Source: Octopus vulgaris
Taxonomy: Eukaryota
Assembly: GCA_951406725.2 (NCBI GenBank)
Contig: OX597835.1
Coordinates: forward strand, 41,974,001-42,038,000
Direction: 5' to 3'
Length of the DNA: 64,000 nucleotides
How positions within the stretch are numbered: position 1 is the first letter of the stretch; every line of letters starts with the position of its first letter. Positions 54,741 through 64,000 of this stretch are shown here, in pieces. The translations under genes and the position numbers were made by a program. The notes below the pieces were generated by a model. The model made no database searches. It was not told where the DNA came from and was given only the letters and a program-made list of their open reading frames with translations.

Positions 54741-54841
54741 ATTTCCTTCTCTGAGCGTCTGTTAATACCCTGCTTGTACCCCGTCCTCGCGTTGTTGTTT
54801 TTTTTCTTGTTTGTGCTTCGTTTTTTTATTATTATCATTAT

Positions 54842-54880
<39 letters not shown>

Positions 54881-55448
54881 ATATATACATACAGACACAT
54901 ACTGAAAAGAAATTATACATATGTATTCTGAGCAACCACTATTAACCCACCACCATCACTACCCCCATCGCGACCACATCCACCACCATCACGACTGTTA
55001 CTTGTTTTTATTTTATACTTCGCCCTTTTTCTACTGTCCTCCCCGCTGAACGCCACACTAAACATCTTGATTCACCCCTTGAGACACATAAAATGCATCA
55101 CTCGATACATTTGTGTCCCCCATTTCGAAATGACACGACTACTTTAAACATGAAACGTCTTCCTCTTTTCCTTGAATTTATCAACAGGACACAATATATT
55201 AAATATACAACTTCCTTTTCAAGAGAAATATCAAAAGCTATGTATTTATTTATTTATTTATTAGGTGCGAGCGAGGCAAGGTGGTTAAGAATGTCGCTTT
55301 GTAACCATGTGGGTCTCTGGTTCAGTCCCATATCGTATCATCTTTTGTGTCTTCTACGGAAATTGTGAGCCTGTTGTATAGATATATCTTTAATTCTCCC
55401 TCCTTTTTTATTTTTTATCTCCGCTTTAGCGAAGGTGGGGGTATTGTG

Positions 55449-55660
55449 GATCTTTTCGCTTTGACCGGCAGATTTTTAAAATGATTTCCTTGTATCTAAA
55501 CACTTTTAAACTTCGTATACTGGTAGAATGTGTTACGTAAAACATCTTTTTCTCTTGGCTTTCTTGAGAAAATTCTGTAGTTTGTAAGCTATTTGTTGTT
55601 TAATTTCTTGCATTTCGGCAATTTCAACCAATCAATGACGTCTATTGAGGTGAACACAAT
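55449..55660 (-). mobile_element. Truncated Merlin-type MITE
   Basis: GGATCTTTTCGCTTTGACCGGCAG end and body homologous to 31153. Confidence 0.75.
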
Positions 55661-56089
55661 ATCTCCGGTTCTTCGTCACTGGTGCCAAGCTGTATCGGCT
55701 TTTGCCTTTCCCCTGGGTAACATCGGTGAGGCGGACAGGGGGGTGGTGCATGGTTGACCGCTGGTCTTCCGTAAACAACCTTGTCCGGACTTGTGCCTCG
55801 GAGGGTAACTTTCTAGGTGCAATCCCGTGGTCATTCAAAACCGAAGGGGGTATTTTGATTCTCTGACTGATGAATTTTTAAGAGATGTCTTACATGCTTT
55901 CTCTACACGTAAACCTTTGTAACTCCTCTTACGAAATGAAACACGTGTAATGGTGAATATATAATGCCTAAACATTTTCCAATCTCTTGTTTTGCTATGT
56001 AATTACTCGCCAAAAACTATTTTCTGTTATTTTTCAGCTCTTACGCATTCCTCATGCAAATATATCATAACAACATCTACATACATATA

Positions 56090-56510
56090 GGCGCAGACGT
56101 GGCTGTGTGGTAAGAAGCTTGCTTCCCACCCACATGATTCCGGGTTCAGTCCCACTCCGTGGCACCTTGGGCAAGTGTCTTCTACTTATAGCCACAGGCC
56201 AACCAAAGCCTTGTGAGTGGATTTGGTAGACGGAAACTGAAACAGAAAGAAGCCCGTCGTATATGTATATATATCTGTGTGTGTGTGTGTGTGTGCGCGC
56301 GCGTATGTGTTTGTTCCTCCGCCATCGCTTGACAACCGATGTTGGAGTGTTTACGTGTCCGTAACTTAGCGGTTCGGCATAAAAAGAAAGAATAGGTACA
56401 AAGCTTACAAAGAATAAGTCCTGGGGTCGATTTCTTTGACTAAAACCCTTTAAGGCGGTGCTCCAGCATGGCCGCTGTCAAATGACTGAAACAAATAAAA
56501 GAATAAGAGA
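56090..56510 (+). mobile_element. SINE family B
   Basis: Full head-to-tail match to the other copies. Confidence 0.85.
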
Positions 56511-56603
56511 ATACAATTTTGGTGTACAGGAATAAGCTGCTGTGCTCCTTGAGGACGCAACTTGGATTATGGCCCTAACTACAGACTAAAACAATATTGT
56601 ATA

Positions 56604-56942
56604 CTAGCACTATGACCCGGCGTTGCAGCTGCGTGCGTGCGCACATACACGCGAGTACTGTCCAAATCTCCAACCAATCACATACAGCTAGCTGGCATTC
56701 AATTGGCGTATCAAGTTTTAGGCATTTTGGTTGGGTTTTGGATAGAAAATTCACAAAAAAGTCACTTCTATTGATTTTTTAATGGCTTTGCAGGGTGACT
56801 GGGGAAATGTAAAGATGTGCACGACCACCCTTGGACGGTTTTGAATGACTATAGAAAGTGCGTGCCCTCTAACTGAAAAATTGTGGATTTGTATAAAGGA
56901 CACACACACACACACACATTTTGCCATTTATATATAGAGAGA
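56604..56942 (-). mobile_element. Non-autonomous Helitron with half the hairpin deleted
   Basis: Same body as 39222-39591. Confidence 0.8.
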
Positions 56943-57416
56943 TTTGTAATAAAGTATTTCGATTTTTATATCTTGCTGATTTCAGTCGCTTATAAAAGTC
57001 TGATTTAGTCATGGTGGGAAATAAAGTGAAATAAATAATATTGGACTAATCTCTCATGATATCAGTTCTGAATGTCGTACCAGATGGCTTGCTTCTCATT
57101 GTTGATAGGCCGCAATACAAAAGCGCGCTCGCGTTTGTTATGCCATCACCGCGCTCGACAACCGGTGCTGGTTTATTTACGTTCCCGTCACTTAGTGATC
57201 CGACAAAAACAAGAGCGACAGAATAAGTACAAAACTTCGAAGAAGGACAAGTATTGGAGTCTGGAGAGGGTCATAGTGCCCTATTATAACACACGCGCCG
57301 TTTCAATTTCCACTCATTTATTTATTTAACTAGGAAGCTTTTTTCGTCGCCGCATGGATTTTGACTGATTATTGAAGCTAGCTTTCTGGAATAAATAAAT
57401 AAATAAGTGGAAATTG

Positions 57417-57618
57417 GGATCTTTTCCTTTGATTTTAACCATCGATTGGTTAAAATTCGAAAAATTAAACTACGTTAAACTTACAAATTACAATTTTCTC
57501 AAGAAAGCCAAGAGAAAAAAATGTTTTATTTTGACACATTCTACCAGTATACGAAGTTTAAAAGTGTTTAGTTAACTAGAAATTGTGTTGAAAACTGCCG
57601 TTCAAAAGGAAAAGATCT
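57417..57618. mobile_element. Short (202 bp) Merlin-type MITE inserted in a family D element
   Basis: Perfect 8-bp TSD GGAAATTG at 57409-57416 and 57619-57626. Confidence 0.87.
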
Positions 57619-57857
57619 GGAAATTGAACCGGTGAGTGTGTTATATTAAGGCACTATGACCCTCCCCATATACAACAAAATCTGTTTCAACACACGAATT
57701 CACATAAGGAATCTTGCAAAGCAGATATAAAAACGAGGTATTGGAGTCGATTTTGATCTAAGTTTTCAAGGCGGTGCTCCAGTATGGCCGTTTCCCACTG
57801 ACTGCAACACGTAAAGACACTTTTTATTCCCCAATCCCCGTTTTCTTTGAATTTCGT

Positions 57858-58263
57858 ACAGGAGTGGCTGTGTGGTAATTAGCTTGCTTACCAACCACAT
57901 GCTTCCGGGTTCAGTCCCATTGCGTGGCATCTTGGGCAACTGTCTTCTACTATAGCCCCGGGCCGACCAAAGCCTTGTGAGTGGATTTGGTAGACGGAAA
58001 CTGAAAGAAGCCTGTCGTATATATATGTATATATATATATGTGTGCGTGTATGTTTGTGTCTGTGTTTGTCCCTCTAGCATTGCTTGACAACCGATGCTG
58101 GTGTGTTTATGTCCCCGTCACTTAGCGGTTCGGCAAAAGAGACCGATAGAATAAGTACTGGGCTTACAAAAAGAATAAGTCCCGGGGTCGAGTTGCTCGA
58201 TTAAAGGCGGTGCTCCAGCATGGCCGCAGTCAAATGACTGAAACAAGTAAAAGAGTAAAGAGT
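57858..58263 (+). mobile_element. Full-length SINE family B
   Basis: tRNA-like A and B boxes, central (TA/TG)n, tail GAAACAAGTAAAAGAGTAAAGAG. Confidence 0.9.
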
Positions 58264-58609
58264 ATATTTTCTCTCCCTTTCTCGTTTCGTTTCCTTCTTT
58301 TTGCCCGTCCCACCCCCGCTAAGCAACGCCACCATCGCCATCACCATTCTCATCTCTGACATGCACACCTACACACACAGCTCCCCTTTGTCCCCCATTT
58401 CGTGTTTCTCCACCCAGAAACTGGTTTTTCTTTCAATGCTGAATGACTACAACGAGCTAAACTAATTTTCAACAGTTGAATTATTAGTAAAAACTTGTCC
58501 TTACAAACAACCAGCTGGTTGTCGTTGGTGGCTGGGGGAAGTGATGGGGGCCTGACACCTCTTCCTCTTCAGTATAATAATAGTTATTGTTCTTTTTTTT
58601 CTTCAGTCT

Positions 58610-58850
58610 ACTTCTTCTTCTTCCTCCTCCTCTTCGTCTTCTTCTTCGTCTTCCTCCTTTTTCTTCTTCTTCCTCCTCTTCTTCGTCTTCTTCATCCTCC
58701 TCTTCGTCTTCTTTTTCTTCTTCTTCCTCCTCTTCTTCGTCTTCTTCCTCCTCTTCTTCTTCTTCGCCTTCCTCTTCTTTTTCTTCTTCTCCCTCCTCTT
58801 CTTCGTCTTCCTCCTCTTCTTCTTCTTCTTCCGCTTCGTCTTCTTCTTCT
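58610..58850. repeat. (CTT/CCT)n microsatellite
   Basis: Read directly. Confidence 0.93.
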
Positions 58851-58920
58851 ATTTGTTCGTTGCCTGGTTTGTTTACCTTTGCACTACCGGTGCATTTCTC
58901 CGTCTGTTGGTCGGTCAGTT

Positions 58921-58953
<33 letters not shown>

Positions 58954-59260
58954 AAAGAGAAAGAAAGAGTTTACAGGGAGAGAAACACGCACCCACGGAG
59001 TGAAAGGCCAGTCCGTTCACCACCAACACACTGGCATGCCGGTTTATATATACATCGTAATACTTGAATACGTATACACACACCGACAGACAGACAGACA
59101 GATACAACCACAGTCACATACACACGCACACGGACACACCAGCAGATAGACACACAGACAGCGAGATAGATAGACTCAGAGAGACAAATACAGAGATATA
59201 GATAGATAGAAAGAGAGATGAAGTGAAAGAATGATAAACACACACACACACATAGAGACT

Positions 59261-59304
<44 letters not shown>

Positions 59305-59659
59305 GATAGATAGGAAAATAGGGAGAGACGGAGAGAGAAAGGAAGCGGGACACACACACACACACAAGCACACCCACAATCAAGACGGTTCGCATGCGTA
59401 CACACACATGCAAGCAGAGAGAGAGAGAGAGAGAGAAACACCCACTCAAATACACACACACACACGCAGACAACCACGCGCTTCAACAGAGTTACTTTAT
59501 CAACAGAGAGAGAGGGAGAAACCGGCAATGAGAGAAAGACAGAAAACGAAAGAAAGGGTGAAAAAGAGAGAGTGAGAGAGACAGACAGAAACTAGCCAAG
59601 ATCGAGAGAGAGACCAGCAGAAAGAGAAAGAAAGAGACCGGTTGAGAGAGAAAACCGGT

Positions 59660-59707
<48 letters not shown>

Positions 59708-60512
59708 TGTATGTGTGTGTGCGCGTGTGTGAGAGAAAGAGAGAGTGTGTGTGTGAAAGAGAGAGAGACAGACAGAAACTAGCCAAGATCGAGAGAGAGA
59801 GAGAAGAGCAGAAAGAGACCAGTTGAGAGAGAAAAACTGGCAGAGAGAGAGAGAGAAACAGAGAGATAGAGAAAGACAGAAAGAGAGAGAGAGAGAGAAA
59901 TACATTTACGTATATACATCTATACACACCTCCCAAACAGAACGAATCAGACACACACACACACACATTACCGGCAGAAAGAGAAAAAGTGAGAAAGCGA
60001 GAGAGGGAGTGACAGAAAGAGACACAAATACATACATATCTACATACATACACCTCCCAATCAGGACGGTTCACACACACACCTTACCGGCGGTGAGAAA
60101 TGAAGAAGTGTAACATAGAGAAAGCGGGGGGAATAGGAAGAGAAGAAAGCTAGAAAGAGAGAGAGAGAAGCAGGAAGATAGATAGCGAGGGAAAGAGAGA
60201 GAGAGAGAGAGAATTAGATAGTCGGAGATAACCCTGCTGCTCCGTTTTGTCTCTCTCTGTCTCTATACATTGATTCCTCCAACACAGTTTCTCTCTCTAC
60301 CCAACCACTTCAATTACGCATGTGCAGTCACTCAGAACATCTCCAGCACATCTCAAACACAATAAAGCAATATATAGCAGAAATATAATATAAATACACA
60401 GAGTACCCTCCTTTCCTCGGTCTCCTTTCAAACCATCTTCTTCACCTCGAGCCATGGGATATATTATCGACTGTACACGCTAAAAGGTATATATATATAT
60501 AATATATTAACA

Positions 60513-60587
60513 ATGAGCACATCTACAGAGTCTAGGGGTGCTTTTTCGGACGTGGATACCTTTTACCAGGCCGTTAAAAGAACACAG
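60513..60587 (+). CDS. Probable first coding exon of a host gene (MSTSTESRGAFSDVDTFYQAVKRTQ)
   Basis: ACAATG start context, 25 open codons, consensus donor CAG|GTGAGT; preceded by about 2.2 kb with no recognisable transposable element. Confidence 0.5.
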
Positions 60588-60854
60588 GTGAGTGCTTCCT
60601 ACCTCAACTCTAATTAATGCGTGTGTGTGTGTGTTTGTATACAGTGGAAACCACGTTTGCTATTTTTATGTTTATAAATCGAGGTGATGTTTAATGGGTT
60701 TTCAACTGTTAACAATGAACGTACCTTCAAGTTTTAGGTTATCTTTTAAACCGTATCGTATCTTGGGTTAATGCGTGTGTGTGTGTGTGGTTTCCTGATG
60801 GTATATTGTATTTATACACAATTGTTGATATTGCTTTCTCTTCCACATGTATAT

Positions 60855-61153
60855 CTGTCTACCTGTCTATCTTCACACCTCTCTATCTATCTACCTACCT
60901 ATCTATCTGTCTGCCTATTTACCCGTCTGTCTATCTACCCGTCTATTTATTGATCTATCTACCCGTCTATATATCTACCCATCTGTCTATCTACCCATCT
61001 ATCTATCTATCTATCTACCTACCTACCCATCTATCTATCTATCTGTCTGTCTATCTACCCGTCTATCTATCTGTCTGTCTGTCTGTTTGTCTGTCTATCT
61101 ATCTATCTACCTACCCATCTATCTACCCCTTTATCTATCTGTCTATCTACCCG

Positions 61154-61224
<71 letters not shown>

Positions 61225-61225
61225 G
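60855..61225. repeat. (ATCT/ACCC/GTCT)n tetranucleotide array
   Basis: Read directly. Confidence 0.93.
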
Positions 61226-62124
61226 TATGTATTATGTGTGAATTGTGTATGTATGTGTATATATGTAGGTGTATATTGCGTATGTCGTCGTGTGTGTATT
61301 GTAGCTATCTACTTCTTTATATATGCGTGTGTATACATCACTATATACGTGTGTGCGCGTGCGTGTGTGTATATGCGTGTGTGTGATTAATGTTTACCTT
61401 TTACCTTTAAATACTTCCATGGCCTACCTGACCTTTTAATCTCGCTATTCTCCTAAATAACAAGATTTTTAGTCATAAATTCACAACGGTGATACGAATG
61501 TAGAGCAACACCTCACCTTTCGCTCTTTCAGCCACCAATCTTAAAAAGCCTTTTACCTACTTCATTTTCTTTTGTTAATTACAATAAGGAATGACTAATT
61601 ATCATCATCATCATCATTATTTTTAATTAATAACAATAATACCAATAGTACATTAGTAATAATTATTGGATTCGAATACATCGCATTTATCTAAAATTAG
61701 ACGAGTATCTCGGGTGGATGTGTAATTTTTATTCGTTTTTCCCATCGTTTTGTAATTTTTCCATTCGATCGTGCGATGTGTGGGACTTCGAAGGACACCC
61801 ATTCGAAAACTCCGCTGCATGTTCAAGGGTTGGTCGTTGAATTTTACAATCGAGTTTCGAAATGAATGTTTTTCTTTTAGTTTTTTGTTGTTGTTTTGTT
61901 TTGTATCCTCACCTCAACAGTTCTGATAATAAGGGGTTAACTCTGAACCGATCACTTCAACAGGCTCCCCCTTCCCATTGTATGTGTGTGTGTGTGTGTG
62001 TGTTTGTATGCGTGTGTGTATATGTATATATACACACATATATATATATCTTTTACTTGTTTTTATATATGTGTGTATGTTATATATATATGTATGCGTG
62101 TGTGTATATGTATCTTTCTGCGTG

Positions 62125-62157
<33 letters not shown>

Positions 62158-62248
62158 ATATATATATCTTTTACTTGTTTTTTATATATATGTGTGTGTG
62201 TATGTATATATATATATATGTATGTGTGTGTGTATATGTATCTTTCTG

Positions 62249-62325
<77 letters not shown>

Positions 62326-62354
62326 CTTGTTTTTTATATATATGTGTGTGTATA

Positions 62355-62396
<42 letters not shown>

Positions 62397-63011
62397 CACA
62401 CATATATATTTATAAACTATATGAACGTTTAGGCTTGCTAGTTTTAAGGGTGGAGACAAAGAGAGGACCGACCTGTCGTTGAATATTTCACAATATAAAC
62501 AAACAGACAAAAAAAATCACCAAATAACAACAACAACAACAGCAAAAGGTGATTAAAAGAACCAGTTTTTAATGCTGAGAAAGAGAGGAATATCTTCAGC
62601 TTAACAAGTTGTATTTTTATTACCTGCACAAACAGCCAAGTCAGTAGTCAGTCAGATATTTGCACGTCGTCGTGGTCGTCGTCGTATCTCTCTCTCTATC
62701 TCTCTCTCTCCCTCGACTTAACACTATTCGCCCGGCTTCTGTTCCTGTTGCAGCTTTGAAACCCCCGGTGACAGTCACATGCGATGCGTCATCCTTTCTC
62801 TCACCCGCCTCCTCTCCCTTCTCCTATTTATGTGTGTCTAAGTGCGTGTGTTTGTGTGTGCGGGTATGTTTGTATGTGTGTGTGTTTATGCTTTTGTGTG
62901 TGTTGTTTATGTTTGTGTGTCTAAGTGTTCGTCTGTGTTTATGTTTATATGCGTATCTGGGTATATTTTTGTTTGTGTATGTATGTATGTATTTTGCTTG
63001 TGTGGGGTATA

Positions 63012-63251
63012 CAGTATTCCCACGACTATCGCCGGTGATATACGTTCCAAAACTCCCCGCGATAGGGGAAAATCCGCGAAGTAGAAACAGTACTGTATTG
63101 TATATTTTTTAAAGTTATTTTTATAATTTGTATATATTTATTTTATCATAAATGCAAAAACAACACCACGAAGGACTCGACGTAAGCCTAAATAATAAAC
63201 CGCGATAGGTGAACCGCGATAGATGAACCGCGATATGGTGAGAGATTACTG
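63012..63251. mobile_element. pogo/Tigger-like MITE
   Basis: TA|CAGT...ACTG|TA ends, internal CCGCGATA repeats; partial copy at about 53170-53257. Confidence 0.7.
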
Positions 63252-63334
63252 TATTTCTGTGTGTGTATATATGTATTTGTGTGAATGTGTTTGTGTGTGC
63301 ATATACGTGCGGTATGTTTGTGTGTGTAGGTATG

Positions 63335-63372
<38 letters not shown>

Positions 63373-64000
63373 ATTGCCTGTGCCTGTGTGTCTGGGTGTG
63401 TTTATATGCGTGTCTGGGTATATTTTTCTGTGTGTGTGTGTGTGTTGCATGTGTGGGTATGTTTCTCTGTGAGTGCTTATATGTGTATGGGTATGTTTGT
63501 GTGTGTACATTTGTGTCACTGTTATCTGTGTGGGTATATTTCTCTGAGTGTGTGTGTGTGAGAGAGCTAGGAGACAACACACCTATCGCTTCATTTTATG
63601 TCACTTTTTTTTTCTTTTCAATTCAACTCGTTGATAAAATTAGATTTCGATGACCTCTTTAAATATTTACACCTCTTTCAGATAATTCTAATAAAAAAAA
63701 TATATATAAATTTCGATTTGCGATATATATATATATATATATAATATGAATTCTCTCTCTCTATAAATATATATATATATGCATGCGTGTGTGTGTGTAT
63801 AATATATGCATGTATATTGTGAGTGAACCGAACTGGTCTGCTTTGTTGGAAAGTTGCAGGAATTGGAATTCGTCTGCTAGAAAAAAAGCGAAAGAGAAGA
63901 GGGCAGAGAGACAGACTGAAAGAGAAGAGAGGGGGGAGAGGGTGTAGATAGACAGACTGAAAGCGAAGAGAGATGGGGAGAGGGTGCAGATAGCCAGACG

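Noticed and set aside
60513-60587. Naming the gene for this exon
   Set aside because: 25 residues are not enough to recognise it reliably without a search.

Overview
This is AT-rich, microsatellite-saturated animal DNA. The SINE content most resembles octopus (coleoid cephalopod); that assignment comes from my recognition of the repeats, not a search. No complete host gene is visible, only a plausible first coding exon at 60513-60587 and two weaker exon candidates. Nearly all listed ORFs are simple-repeat artefacts. The rest is transposable-element material: three tRNA-derived SINE families, two DD34D mariners, DD37D (maT) relics, a Merlin transposase relic with Merlin-type MITEs, R4/Dong, RTE and Penelope fragments, four non-autonomous Helitrons and a pogo-type MITE. 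Two observations stand out. (1) A 1.6-kb retroelement (25092-26696, minus strand) encodes only a gag-like CCHC protein, is inserted into the A-box of a SINE with a 19-bp TSD, and shares its 3' tail with that same SINE family. (2) A GGATC-ended MITE family with 8-bp TSDs occurs as a monomer and as several foldback palindromes with different centres.
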